This document shows positions 12,319-24,595 of a stretch of 64,000 bases of DNA, piece by piece. Numbering within the stretch: the first letter of the stretch is position 1; each line of letters opens with the position of its first letter. The DNA is from Eledone cirrhosa (Eukaryota), in NCBI GenBank assembly GCA_964016885.1, contig OZ024745.1, positions 89,776,001-89,840,000 on the forward strand, in the 5' to 3' direction. The translations under genes were made by a program, and so were the position numbers. The notes beneath the pieces are model-generated. The model saw only the letters and a list, made by a program, of their open reading frames with translations. It ran no database searches and was not told the origin of the DNA.

Positions 12319-13533
12319 CATGATGGCTGCCCCCTCGTAATTGAGTATGCCCATTGCACGATATACCATTATTAATAATTATTAATTAATTCTATCGTGC
12401 AATGCCTGTGCGTGAAGATATTTTTTTAAGTGAGAAAAGACTGTGCACTGAGTCAATCCCACTCTCTGAGCGACAGTAGCTATAACCTGAAAAGAAGAAA
12501 AGATCAATATCATCGGTAACTACTGAGATGCTGGTCTTATATCGGTGTTATCCCAGTTTCCTGAGTTGCCTTCTCATAGAAGAATGCCCTGACAAAGGCT
12601 AGGGGTCCTTCACTCCCGTTGGTTTAACCGCCCGATCGGGTGGCCAGTGCGAGTATTTCTATGTCCCCGCGCATATGCATACACATACATATGTACATGT
12701 GTATATACATATTTACACACTGTTGGATGACCGTTGACTCTTATTTGTTCTTCCGCCCTTTGTCAGGTTTTATTTTTCGTCCTGCAGGGTGTCCAAAATC
12801 ACCCTCCTCACCAAGTAAACTTGGTGGGGTTGCCGGTTTAGTCGCCGACCACACGATCATGCGACAGGTTGTACAGGGTTACATGTTACCAGTAGCACTC
12901 AATAGTGACCCGACATATACATACATACGTACATGATGATGTCTGCCTCCTCGTTATTGAGTATGGCCATTGCACGATATAACATTATTAATAATTATTA
13001 ATTAATTCTATCGTGCAATGCCTGTGCGTGAAGATATCTTTTTAAAGTGAGGAAAGACTATTCACTGAGCCAGTCCCACTCTCTGAGCGACAGTAGCTAT
13101 AACCCGAAAAGAAGAAAAGAGCAACATCATCGGTAACTACTGAGCCGAAGGTTTTATATCGGAGATATCCCAGTTTCCTGAGTTGCCTTGTCCTAGAAGA
13201 ATGCCCTGACAAAGGCTAGGGGTCCTTCACTCCCAGTGGTTCAACCGCGCGATCGGGTGCCCAGCCCGACTATTTCTATGTTCCCGCACATACACACACA
13301 CGCGTACCCATGTATATACACATATACATACATATGTACATGTGTATATATGTACTTACACACTTTTGGATGGCCGTTGACCCTTATGATTTCTTCCGCC
13401 ATTTGGCAGGTTTTGTTTTTTGTCCTGCAAGGTGTGCAATAACACCCTCCTCACCAAGTAAACTTGGTTGGGTCGCCGGTTTAGTCGCCGACCACCCGAC
13501 CATGCGACAGGTTGTACTGGGTTACATGTTACC
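12319..13533. repeat. Tandem dimer of a ~612 bp non-coding unit, possibly LINE (RTE-type) 5' UTR-derived
   Basis: Units start at about 12319 and 12931. Both carry the hairpin CATTGCACGATA/TATCGTGCAATG and a CACCAAGTAAACTTGG motif. The duplication is seen directly; the origin is a guess. Confidence 0.8.
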
Positions 13534-13548
13534 ATACATACATACATA

Positions 13549-13606
<58 letters not shown>

Positions 13607-13609
13607 TGT

Positions 13610-13728
13610 ATAGGAAAATGTATGACCCCGACGGCAGAGGTCAAGCCGTTTCGACGGCTATTTCTGGACTCCAGCAATAGCCGTCGAAACGGCTTGAGTT
13701 CTGCCGTGGGGGTTATACATTATCCTAT
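13610..13728. repeat. ~120 bp imperfect fold-back palindrome
   Basis: ATAGGAAAATGTATGACCCC...TCAAGCCGTTTCGACGGCTATT TCTGGA C TCCAG C AATAGCCGTCGAAACGGCTTGA...GGGGTTATACATTATCCTAT. Confidence 0.9.
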
Positions 13729-13805
13729 TACCCACTCTACTACACTAAGTATTGAGTACTCTGGTGCGTTATGCTTCATCTGGTTCCTTATCACAATTCC
13801 TTCAT

Positions 13806-13836
<31 letters not shown>

Positions 13837-14512
13837 AAGTGAAAAATCAGTGATGCAACTGGACTCAATTTATTGTGTTACAATTGTTTCGCCAGCAGAC
13901 AGCTCGAGACACGATCATTGTATGGATCTGTCTGATTCTGGAACTGCAGGTTCGTCGGACACTTCCAATAACTACGGAACAAATATTATTACTGGTGTTT
14001 TAGCTTCAACAAATATCTTCCTCGCTTGTCCTGCTGTTGGCTGTTATTTTTCTACGTCATCATGAATTCTGGCCAATATTTGCTTGCCATACTGCCCATC
14101 AACCGCTCTCCGTCCGACACATTTCAATAAATTCATGCTGGGTTTGGTATTTCACAAGTCACTCACACACTTATACACACACACATACACACACACAAAC
14201 ATATATACATATAATATACACACACACGCGCACATATATACACACATATATATATATACACACACATACATACACACACATGTACATATACACACCCATA
14301 TACGTATACACACACGCGCTCTCACATACACACACTCACACGCCCACGACCATATACCTATCAACATAGGCGTGAACAGGCGCCTGCCTACCACACATTC
14401 ACGCACGCATACATATACACATATACGCACACATATATACGCACACATACATACACATATATATATATATATGTATGTACATACGCACATACATACACAC
14501 ACACATACACAC

Positions 14513-14589
<77 letters not shown>

Positions 14590-14799
14590 AACATTCACAC
14601 ACACACATATACACATCAATAAAAAAAACTACTACAATATACTAAAATATATATCCAGCGTCATACATTGAAATATGTATCTCGTACTAAACATTATAAA
14701 CAGATATAAACATTATAATCATATACATACATCCATAGACATTCAGGTAACATAAATATATATATATATATATATATACATATATACACACACACACAT

Positions 14800-14908
<109 letters not shown>

Positions 14909-15329
14909 CACATATATATACACATATATACACATATATACATACACACACTCATATATATATATACACACATACGCTTACACATATACACACATATAAA
15001 AACAATAAAATAAATCTACAATATACAATAAAATAAATATACAGTATACAGTAAAATAAATATATAAAAAATAAATATAAAATAAAATAAATATACAAAA
15101 CATCCATACACATTCACGTAATGTATACATATACATATATATACATACATATATACATATATATACACATACATATATATACATACATATACATACATAC
15201 ATATACATATACATATATACACATCTACATACACACGCACACACATGCACATATGTACACATATACACACATATATAAAAAATCAATAAAATAAATATAC
15301 AATATATTAAAATATGCATATAACGTCAC

Positions 15330-15914
15330 ATAGAGATATATAATAGAGAGGAGAAAGGAGAAGGTATGTGTATGCGTGTATTATAGTATGGTTTGTGTAC
15401 GAAACAAATAATATGTGTTCCAAAATGGAACACGTGGAGAATATGCATTCACGATTGAAAAGGTACATATGCATGGGGCCGCGTAATCCGGTCATATTGG
15501 GGTCTGTCACTGTGGTTGAGGTCCCTGACTGAGCGACCGTGGGATCCGGGTCAACTTGTCTCGGCATCGGCGATGTTCCTGCCTAGGGTGACGCGCAGAG
15601 TCGGGTATGCATCTTGGGTTATTTTCGTTTACCCCACGGGGCATATAATGACATCAGCGTATGGTGTCTGATCCCTTGAACCCGTTTCGTCGCCCTGGTC
15701 GGCGCGTGCTCCGCCGCATGTCCTTAGCCTGGGCTTCCCGGAAGATTCCATGCGAAGAGTGTGCACCTTCTCTGGTGTCTGCAGGTCATGATAATTTTTT
15801 TATTCCAGGTAGACCGCGTCATCCCTCAGTCTGACAATTTCCATGGCCTCATATAGGTATAGGCTACATTTTCTACTACTCGGCTGGTAGTAGAAAATGT
15901 AGCCTATGCCTATA
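15330..15914 (-). mobile_element. 3' relic of a PLE with CxLC...CRH-type endonuclease end and a hairpin at the truncation point
   Basis: Minus strand reads SRKCSL(Y/C)LYEAMEIVRLRDDAVYL, then with a frameshift NKKIIMTCRHQRRCTL. This is the same motif pattern as 10784-11158. Hairpin at 15852-15914. Confidence 0.6.
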
Positions 15915-15917
15915 CGA

Positions 15918-16463
15918 ATACATGATGCACATAATATCATAAAATATCTTTAAAAATGACATCAAAAATTAAAAATTAAAAATTAAAAATTACACAAAAA
16001 ATGCATCACTTAAATGGTGCAATAGATGATATGGACTATCATACATGTAAGGCTGCACCACTGCTAACCAACTATTCTTCTCACAGACTCATGCTTGCAA
16101 ACTCTGTTAATCTGCCTGTACACCCTGTTGTTGCACTGCTTGTGCTTTGATGTATCTATGCTTTGCTTTGTTTTATATATTTTTTGGTTTTTCGGGCTTT
16201 TTGTTCCTTTATTGTTTTGTATTTTTATATTCATCTCTTTTGTTATCTCTGTATTTGTGTACTTTTTATTATTTTTTTTATTATTTCTGATAATGCTGTG
16301 TAATACCTTCACTCATGCCTTGCTAGCCTCTCCCAACCTCTTTATCATCTATTGCACCATTTAAGTGATAAATGTTTGGTGTAATTTTTCATTTTTAATT
16401 TTTAATTTTTAATTTTTGATGTAATTCTTTAAGATATTTATGACAGTATGTGTATCATATATT
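15918..16463. repeat. Diverged inverted repeat, ~115 bp arms
   Basis: ATCAAAAATTAAAAATTAAAAA...ATCACTTAAATGGTGCAATAGATGAT (about 15918-16030) versus ATCATCTATTGCACCATTTAAGTGAT...TTTTTAATTTTTGAT (about 16344-16463). Confidence 0.8.
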
Positions 16464-16902
16464 CTGTCTTTTTCAATATAGCGTTGGCCTCGGGACCCCC
16501 CTCCTGTTGGTCCTTTAACCTTGTTCTGGTGACGCAGCTCGATGGAGCATGCAACTACTGATATACTCTTGTTTATAGGCTCTGATGATTCTTGCCATGG
16601 TGTATGGATGAAACACTGTTTCTAATAAACAATGTATTTCTAAGCACTCTTTGGTTATTCCTATAAATATAACGGCTCTGTAGTATACTAGTTATCCTAC
16701 ATTGAGCTAAAACCACACTGTCATATCAAGGGTAATATATCTGCGTGTCTGGGCATATTGATACATTTGTCAACGAAACTATATATATATATATATATGT
16801 ATGTATGTGTGTATATATATATATAGAAATATATGTGTGTGTGTATATGTGTGTGTGTGTATATATGTATGTATATGTATATATAGATACATAGATAGAT
16901 AT

Positions 16903-16961
<59 letters not shown>

Positions 16962-17225
16962 TATTTATTTTATTTGCCACTAGGGCATCAAAAGTGGGAC
17001 AAGTACAAAGGGGGGAGTTTACACAAAAAGGCGTCCTCAATAAGGAGGAGGCAATAACAAAATATAAAAATAAAATAAGATATAACAAAAAATAAAATTT
17101 TTAACAAAATCCTCAATAGAGAGGAGGCGCCTTGGGGGGTCGCACACACCCCCGAAAAAAGTGTGCAACCCTTCTCCTCAGGAGCACAGAGAAGGGGTGC
17201 TCCCTTGGTCTTTCATCTTCCTCAC

Positions 17226-20200
17226 CTATAGTCTGATGTAGAGTGAAGGCCCATTCACACGGGCCATTCTCGCCACTTTCACCCATCTTTCATAGAAACG
17301 GCTGGGGTGCAGCACCTCTCTCTCCATCCTGATCCTTCTTCCGAAATGATATCGGAAGAAACGGACCAGTTGTTGGCCAGAGAGAAAGGTGCCCGACCTC
17401 AGTCCTTTCAGACGCGTCCACCATACAACCTCTTTCGCCATGGCTATTACGCACAGAAACACCGCCTCTGCTTCATCTTTGAAGGGGGGAGGCGGCTTGA
17501 TCATTACAATAGACTCGGTGGTCAACCGGATCGGTCCCACCCTTGACAGCAGTTGTTCGACATAGCCCCACAGATCGGCTACGCCCGAGCAGTGTACTAA
17601 TGCGTGTGCAACGGTTTCCTCGTCGCACACGCATCTGGGACAGATCTTTTTGGCGGGGTCCCTACCCGGGCGCCCGTGTCTGTAGAGCCTTTCTCGAACG
17701 GGTAAAGCCCCTCGGTAGCACTGCCAGGCCAGGGACTTCTGGAAGTTGTCCATAGGTCCCGGGCTGAATGTCCTACCGAACAGGCTGGCCAGTTCGTCCT
17801 CCTCCATGTCTAGGGCTTCTCCGAGGGCGTCGTCGCACCTGCTGCGTACCAGCCCTCTATAGAATGTTGCGGTGGAGTCTCCACTGATAACCGGATCCGC
17901 CTGCCAGAGGGCGGTGAGCGCCTGGGCACACTCAGTGTGCCAGGCGCCCAGTTTTCTCGGTCTTTGCTTGACCCAGGATTGCAGCTCGGTGAGTGAGACG
18001 AGTCTGGGAAAGGTTCGTCTCACAAACGAGGCCCACACCGGTTGTCCGGTGAGGAATACGTAGAGGTGCCGTAGCCTTAATGCGTGTTTACGCATCATTA
18101 GCCACGGCATCCCCAGCCCTCCTTTCGAAGGGTGTTGACAGCAGATGGATCTCCTCACCATAGGAGCCCGCCTCTTCCAAAGGAATTGGAAGAGCGCGCG
18201 CTCCATCTTGGTGAGGGTTTCCCTTGGGCAGGGCACTACGGTCAGGCGGTAGTAGATGACGGACGCTATGTAGGTGTTCGCCACCTCCGCCCGACCTTTC
18301 AGGGATAGTTTGCAACTGGCCCACTTCTGGGTCAGTGCAAACACCCTGTTCGTAACCTCCGCCCAGTTTTTCTCCACCTGGAGGTCCGGTCTGAACCAGA
18401 CCCCGAGTAACTTCACCGGGCCCTCCGTCCAGCGTCCGACGACGCCATCGGAGGGCATCGGTCTGTCCCTCCACGTGCCGAGTTGCAAACCGATCGACTT
18501 GTCCCGGTTCAGCTTAGCCCCTGTGAACTTTTCGTACTCCTCCAGTAAGGTGCCGACCGCCTCGATTTCGGAGGCCGTCGACACCATTACTGTCACGTCA
18601 TCGGCGTAGGCCGACACCGCTTTCCGCAATCCCGGTTCCAAAGGGATGCCCTGCAACAACTCCAACTTCCGCAGTAGTGGCTCGAGAGTCAACACATACA
18701 GAAGGGAGGAGAGAGGGCACCCTTGTCGGATGGACCGCGCGATTTTGAACGGCTCCGAGAGGTAGCCGTTCACCTTGACCCTAGAGCAGATGCGGCTGCT
18801 GTGCATAGCAGTGATCCAGCCCCTGAAAACGGGTCCGAAGCCTGCCGCCGCTAGCACCGCATCCAGGTAACCATGGTCGACCCTATCGAACGCCTTAGAT
18901 TGATCCAAGTTGATCAGAGCCCCACCAAAGCCGGGTTCGTTCCCAACCCTCTCTATGATGTATCGCATGAGGTGGAGGTTGTCATGGATGGACCTGGACG
19001 GGATAGCGCATGTCTGCGCATCTCCCACCAGGTTGCCCACGACAAGCGCCAACCTCTTTGCTAGCACCTTGGCCAAAATCTGTAACTCTGTATTTAGCAG
19101 TGTTATGGGCCTGAAGTTACTTATTTCGTCCCCCTTGTTCTCGTCCTTCCTCACTAGCGTGACTACGCCCTTGGTCACAGTACAGGGAATTCTCCCGTTC
19201 TGTTGCCAGTTGCAGTAGACCGCCTCGAGGAGATCGGGGAACAAGTCCGGCATAGCTAGATATAATTCGTAAGGAAGACCATCGAGACCCGGGGATTTGC
19301 GTTTGCCGCATTGGCTCAGCACGTCCTCTATCTCAGCGGCCGAAATCGGCTCCTCGCAGGACTTCGCCTCCCTGTCCGAGAGGCGCGGCAGGCCGTCGAG
19401 GTATGGACCGAAGTCCACGTTCCCAACCGGCTCCCCGCCCCTCCCGAACAGTCGGGCAAAGTGCCTTTGAAAGGCCTCACACATCTGCTTAGGCTCAAGA
19501 ATCGCCCGTCCATCCAGGTCTCGCAAAGACCGGATGGTGGATTTAGTTCCACTGTTGGCCTCTGTCACGCGGGCCCAGCCAACAGCTTTGGTCCCCTCGT
19601 TCCCTAGAGCACGTATTTTACTTCGGACAACGCAGCCTTCGTGCTTCGCGTCGAAAAACTGGCTCAAAGCCGTTCTCGACGCTAGCACTCTGGCCACGTC
19701 GCCGCTTCTAATTGCCTCTTCTACTCTATCTATTAGCTCCCTTTCCTTCCTATTCCTATCCGCAGCTAGAACCTTACTAAATTCTATCGAGACTACTCTA
19801 ATCTCTCTCTTTAGAGATACCCACCACCTGCTGTTGACGATCGCTCCAGTCAACCGTTCCTTAACTAACGTACTAATCCGATTCCTGTAGGCTCTACTTG
19901 CCGGCAAGGACAAGTTGAGCTTCCAGTAACCGGGGCCCTGTCTATGAGTTCTGTCAAGGTTGACCATGCAGGTCACTAATTTGTGGTCTGAATAGCCAAC
20001 CATGCGCATTTTGGGACAACTTAAAAAGTCCTTATCCTTAATTCTAACTAAGAACCTATCTAGGTACGACCTAGATGATCCGCTACGATTTGCCCAAGTC
20101 CAGGTTGGCGCAGTCGGAAAATCTAGTCGATATCTATCGGCCAGGTCAAATCGACCGATTAACCCTTTGAGGCTATTACACCCCTCTCTATCAGGGCAGG

Positions 20201-20687
20201 CCCCTACGTAGTCCCAGCGTGCATCTAGGATACCATTCCAGTCCCCCACTAATAGCAAGGAGCGGGACGTCCCCAGAAAAGTCTCCAGACGATGGAAGAA
20301 GTCCGGCCGCATTGACCCGAAAGGGCCGTAGGCGGCTACCAACCTAAACGCTCCGCCTTTACCACTGCCAAGGTCCAGAACCACTAGTCGACCCTCCGGG
20401 TCCAAATGTACCATCTGTGTTGCGAAACCCAGATGTTTTTGCAGCAGAACGACAACTCCACCCCCACCTCCGGGCTGACAGAGAGATGCGTGCATCTCAA
20501 AGTCATCAAAGGCGGGGGCCAGCTGTCGCACGTTGCTGATCCGGGCCTCGCAAATAACCATCACATCTATACGTTGTGACCTGAGGTCATTTAGAAGCAT
20601 TGCTTGCTTCCAAGTTGAGCCCAGGCCACGCGCATTTAAACAGCCTACTCTTAGCATAGCCATGTTGGTGGTGAAGAGAAAAGGCAC
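17226..20687 (-). CDS. LINE ORF2: APE endonuclease, reverse transcriptase and C-terminal Cys-rich domain (likely ATG at 20663)
   Basis: APE motifs LNARGL, GDWNG, SYLDRF, SDH. RT motifs KSPGLDG, FRPITLLN, DQSKAFDRV, RQGCPLS, YADD. C-terminal CPRC...ETVAHALVHC. 1153 aa uninterrupted. Confidence 0.97.
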   Translation of the reverse strand: MPFLFTTNMAMLRVGCLNARGLGSTWKQAMLLNDLRSQRIDVMVICEARISNVRQLAPAFDDFEMHASLCQPGGGGGVVVLLQKHLGFATQMVHLDPEGRLVVLDLGSGKGGAFRLVAAYGPFGSMRPDFFHRLETFLGTSRSLLLVGDWNGILDARWDYVGACPDREGCNSLKGLIGRFDLADRYRLDFPTAPTWTWANRSGSSRSYLDRFLVRIKDKDFLSCPKMRMVGYSDHKLVTCMVNLDRTHRQGPGYWKLNLSLPASRAYRNRISTLVKERLTGAIVNSRWWVSLKREIRVVSIEFSKVLAADRNRKERELIDRVEEAIRSGDVARVLASRTALSQFFDAKHEGCVVRSKIRALGNEGTKAVGWARVTEANSGTKSTIRSLRDLDGRAILEPKQMCEAFQRHFARLFGRGGEPVGNVDFGPYLDGLPRLSDREAKSCEEPISAAEIEDVLSQCGKRKSPGLDGLPYELYLAMPDLFPDLLEAVYCNWQQNGRIPCTVTKGVVTLVRKDENKGDEISNFRPITLLNTELQILAKVLAKRLALVVGNLVGDAQTCAIPSRSIHDNLHLMRYIIERVGNEPGFGGALINLDQSKAFDRVDHGYLDAVLAAAGFGPVFRGWITAMHSSRICSRVKVNGYLSEPFKIARSIRQGCPLSSLLYVLTLEPLLRKLELLQGIPLEPGLRKAVSAYADDVTVMVSTASEIEAVGTLLEEYEKFTGAKLNRDKSIGLQLGTWRDRPMPSDGVVGRWTEGPVKLLGVWFRPDLQVEKNWAEVTNRVFALTQKWASCKLSLKGRAEVANTYIASVIYYRLTVVPCPRETLTKMERALFQFLWKRRAPMVRRSICCQHPSKGGLGMPWLMMRKHALRLRHLYVFLTGQPVWASFVRRTFPRLVSLTELQSWVKQRPRKLGAWHTECAQALTALWQADPVISGDSTATFYRGLVRSRCDDALGEALDMEEDELASLFGRTFSPGPMDNFQKSLAWQCYRGALPVRERLYRHGRPGRDPAKKICPRCVCDEETVAHALVHCSGVADLWGYVEQLLSRVGPIRLTTESIVMIKPPPPFKDEAEAVFLCVIAMAKEVVWWTRLKGLRSGTFLSGQQLVRFFRYHFGRRIRMEREVLHPSRFYERWVKVARMARVNGPSLYIRL

Positions 20688-22328
20688 TTACCTCTCTGCG
20701 TCCCGGGTATCGGGCTGCACAATTTCCATTAGGGTGGGGGATGGGTTGTTGGGTGGGGTGGTGGTTTGTGGAAGTGTGGGGGCATCAGTGTGTTGTGTGG
20801 TTGGGGAGCTTGGAGTTGTGTGGGTGTTTGGGGAGGGGGTGGGATAGTTTTTTAGGAGGACGCGGTTAATGGGCCCGACGCAGGGGGGACCCACGTCCTC
20901 TTTAAAATTGTTTTTTAGAGTTTTATAGGTGTCCTGTGGGGCCTTAATCATTTTGAGGTGGGGGAAATCCCCTGCCTGGGTGAAGTTAGGCCCTTGTGTT
21001 TTTATTAGATTGTTGTTGTACACAATGTTTAACAGTTTTTTGTTTCTTGTATTTATGTATGTGTATGCATGTTTTTGTTTTTGTGTGGTGTTTTTTGTTT
21101 GCTGTTGTTGTGATCTCTTTTGTGTTGGTGTCAGTGTTATGTTTTGGGGAGGGTTATTTTTCATTTGTGTGTCTGAGGTGTGTTTTCTTTTTTTTCTTTT
21201 GATTGTGTGGAAGTGCTCCTCCTCGTCTGACGACGAACTAGGGTCATCTTCCGCGTTGGAGGGGAGGGGTATATTTTCGGGTTGTGTTTGCGGTACGGGT
21301 GTTTTGGAAATTGTTTTTGTTTTTTGAGTGGAGGGGATGGGTTGGACATTGTTTTGTTTTGGTTTGAGCTGTGGTGGTTGTTTTTGTAGTGGTAGTTGTG
21401 GTGATTGTGTTGGTTGTGCAGTTGTTGGTGGTGTAGGCAGGATTGGGGTTTTCTTATTAAGTTGGGGACAGACAGCCCTCAGGTGACCTCTGGTTCCGCA
21501 GAGGTAACACGAGGGCCGTCTACCCTCAACGGTAATGTTGATGAAGGTTAGATCATCCAGTATGACGCGTTCAGGGATCTGGGCGATCCTTTCGGGCCTC
21601 ATTTGAACTACAAGTTCGAGGCTCGTTCCACTGAACGCGTCACCCGATGCCTTTCCCATGGACACCAGCATGTCATCCTCCAGGTCCAGAAAACCTGTCA
21701 AAACCCACCATATGTCCATAATCGGCAGGATGGTGTGGATTTTTATTTTTTGTGTTCTTCTACCCATGTACGTAGGGTAGAAGGTGTATGCGGTGGATGT
21801 GATTGGTTTGATGGACAGTTTCACTGCTGTGTCCCTGTCCTTCATGAGAATGGATAGACTCCCGTAGAGTCTATCCTTCTGAATGAAGGTGATGTCCTTC
21901 ATGACGTCTTTTAAAACCAGCTCTATCTCGCTCTGTGATGGTTGAGCTGGTTTTTTACTTTTGTTCGAGATTGTCCTAAACATGACCGTGTTTAGGAGTC
22001 TCTGGCTTTTTAGTTCCGGGGGGGAATGGATTGTGAAAGAACCATTTTCCCCGTACACTATATATTTTTTCGCATCCGCCAGTAGCTCCTTCGCTTTTGT
22101 TATATCTACTGGCAGATAGTCGAGGGTTTTCCTTGTCGTCTCGGCGAAGGAGAAATTTTGTTTGTTTGTGTTGTTGTTGTCGTTGGTGGTGTTGTTGTTA
22201 TCATTGTTGTTGTTGTCACCGTTATTGGTCTTGTTGTTGTTGTTATTGTTATTGTTATTGGTGTTGTTTTCGTCCGTCGCATTGTTGTTGTTGTTGCTGT
22301 TGCTGCTGGTTCTTTGGGTTGTTGCCAT
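20688..22328 (-). CDS. LINE ORF1 (gag-like, CCHC zinc knuckle)
   Basis: 546 aa with the knuckle CYLCGTRGHLRAVC, an Asn-rich N-terminus and a Pro/Gln/Thr-rich tail. Its stop codon directly abuts ORF2 in the same frame. Confidence 0.9.
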   Translation of the reverse strand: MATTQRTSSNSNNNNNATDENNTNNNNNNNNNKTNNGDNNNNDNNNTTNDNNNTNKQNFSFAETTRKTLDYLPVDITKAKELLADAKKYIVYGENGSFTIHSPPELKSQRLLNTVMFRTISNKSKKPAQPSQSEIELVLKDVMKDITFIQKDRLYGSLSILMKDRDTAVKLSIKPITSTAYTFYPTYMGRRTQKIKIHTILPIMDIWWVLTGFLDLEDDMLVSMGKASGDAFSGTSLELVVQMRPERIAQIPERVILDDLTFINITVEGRRPSCYLCGTRGHLRAVCPQLNKKTPILPTPPTTAQPTQSPQLPLQKQPPQLKPKQNNVQPIPSTQKTKTISKTPVPQTQPENIPLPSNAEDDPSSSSDEEEHFHTIKRKKRKHTSDTQMKNNPPQNITLTPTQKRSQQQQTKNTTQKQKHAYTYINTRNKKLLNIVYNNNLIKTQGPNFTQAGDFPHLKMIKAPQDTYKTLKNNFKEDVGPPCVGPINRVLLKNYPTPSPNTHTTPSSPTTQHTDAPTLPQTTTPPNNPSPTLMEIVQPDTRDAER

Positions 22329-22705
22329 GGCAACGTCAAGTTGTCGGTTAACAGGTGGAGAGAATTATTCCTCTGGCTGACCTTTCTTCTTGACCTCTGC
22401 TACTGTGACAGTGGCAGGGGGAAGCTGTAAGTTCATCTTCCCCTTTCCTCCTTCGAATTTTGGTGAAGAAGCTTCGGCCATTTAAAAAAATATTGACTTT
22501 TCAACAAGAAAAAACTTTTTTTTTTTTTTTTAACTATTTCGCCTATAAAGGCGTAGAATATTTTGAGAGACTGACCAGATCAAAGTTTGACCTGGCAGTC
22601 CCTCTACAAAATGGTACAAAAATTAAAGTTATCAGACAAGAATTTCTATAGAAATTTAAACAGAACTTACTCAGCAAGTTATACGCGTGTGTCCATCCCA
22701 GATAT

Positions 22706-22744
<39 letters not shown>

Positions 22745-22897
22745 TACACAGGTGTGTATGATTGTGTATAGAAGATTATATTAATAAGAGGAATTCTAAC
22801 TTTGTCTGATTTACTCGTTTTATTTACAATCCTTTAAAATTTATAATGGTATTATAATGAAATAGTATGATAGAATATTAGATGTTAAGTGTTAATT

Positions 22898-22934
22898 AAA
22901 CAAGTACTTTCATGCTTTCGCAATCTTCAGGTTC
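22898..22934 (-). ncRNA. Minimal type-I hammerhead ribozyme
   Basis: Minus strand: GAAC CTGAAGA T TGC GAAA GCA T GAAA G TA C TT GTTT. Stem III region AGTACT is palindromic. Confidence 0.65.
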
Positions 22935-23086
22935 ATAATGTGTGGTGACAGTCAAGTTTGCAATTTTCAACTGTAATGAGATGGGTAAATTTTGTACCTT
23001 ATATACAGTGAAAAGTGGCCTCAGAATGCTAAATCTTGCAAACTGTATTTCGACCAATCGGTGTGTCGTTTGTTACTTTTCTACAT

Positions 23087-23234
<148 letters not shown>

Positions 23235-24128
23235 GTGTGTGTAGTGTGATATATATATTCTATACATTTAAAATAACACAAAGTGTGAATCATTATAATT
23301 AAAAGAACAGCTTTGTGTTTATGTTTGTTTTGTTTTGTTTCGTTTTTGTTTTATACTGTTAAGTGTTTGTCCTTTCCAAAATACTAATTCTATTACATCA
23401 TGTCTTAATCTAAACCACTTTCCGTTTCTCATGTATGAATTTCTTGTTATAATCAGATGGCACACATTGATTACATATGTTAACATAGTAAGTGTACTCA
23501 TACAATATTTGACTATTTAAATTCAGTTTTGTAATGCCATAGTATGCTAACGACAGAAAATATTGAAAGCAATATACAATGCAAAAACTAAGGAATAAAC
23601 ATTTTCTTTCCTTTTTGGGGGGTTGTTTTTGGGGGTTTTTTTCTTGTTACATAGAGAATAATTGTGGAGTCGTGTTTCCACTTTTCTATTTCGGTTGCAA
23701 TTACACGACGAAAATTAAATGGTCGATAAAGCGAAAATAAATACTGTAAAAACGAATACTAAACACGAAGCCTTATTTATATAGAATTTAGTGGAAAATA
23801 TATTAAAGAATTATTAAATCAACATTGTCGAGTGTCATAGAATGTAGAGTTAATCTCTTTCAATTTCGACTTAAACTACTTGAAGAGAAAACGTATTTGT
23901 CACTCAAATAATACGTATAACCTCATTGCAAATCTATATGTGTAGAGGGAGGTGAGTGTTTGTGTGTATGTGTATGTGTCTGTATGAGTGTGTATGTGTA
24001 TGTCAGTCTGGTGATTTAAGTATATTTACAAAGAATGTTTCATTATAAAATCCTCTGTCGAGTAGTTCGGTTAAAATTAATTTTGGCCTTTAGTACATTT
24101 CTTCGTGTGCCAATATATACGCACACGT

Positions 24129-24177
<49 letters not shown>

Positions 24178-24595
24178 TATTATGTTATATATATATATAT
24201 ATATATGCGTTCGTGTGTGTGTTTTGTGTCTATGTTTGAGTGCCTGTGTGTCTTTGTGTGTATGTGTCTCTGTGTCTGTCTGTTTCTACATCATGAATTT
24301 TAATGAAGTTGATATTAGCGTTCTGTATGTTGTACACTATTTATTGCCAAGGAGTGAAAACAAAAACCTATCCGTGATTGTATTAACTTCGTACAGGAAG
24401 TTGGCATCAAAGAATGAATCACGATATAGAACATACCAAGGAAAAGAATGATCTATCCCTCGTTGTGGGGGGTAAAGTATATTCATGGATAAGTGTTTCT
24501 GCCTTGATAGATTTCATCACTATTCCGAATAGAATTATACTTAGTCATAAACAAAAAGAATCTGAAATATTTTTGACCAAGAGTAATTTGTATAA

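Larger units (their letters stand above)
16961..22700 (-). mobile_element. Apparently full-length L1/Tx1-clade non-LTR retrotransposon
   Basis: Two intact ORFs and a 3' UTR ending GGCAAATAAAATAAAT. (GATA)n tracts lie on both sides (16885-16960 and 22701-22745). The 3' end is confirmed by the second copy at 49894-50878. The 5' boundary is inferred from the microsatellite. Confidence 0.9.

Noticed and set aside
16576-16630. Hammerhead at CTGATGA...GAAACACTGTT (also decayed candidates at about 1262-1300 and 41807-41838, minus strand)
   Set aside because: Stem I, stem II or the core is too degenerate to support a call.
17307-22430. Antisense and alternative-frame ORFs overlapping the LINE
   Set aside because: These are shadow ORFs of GC-rich or low-complexity coding sequence, with no motifs.
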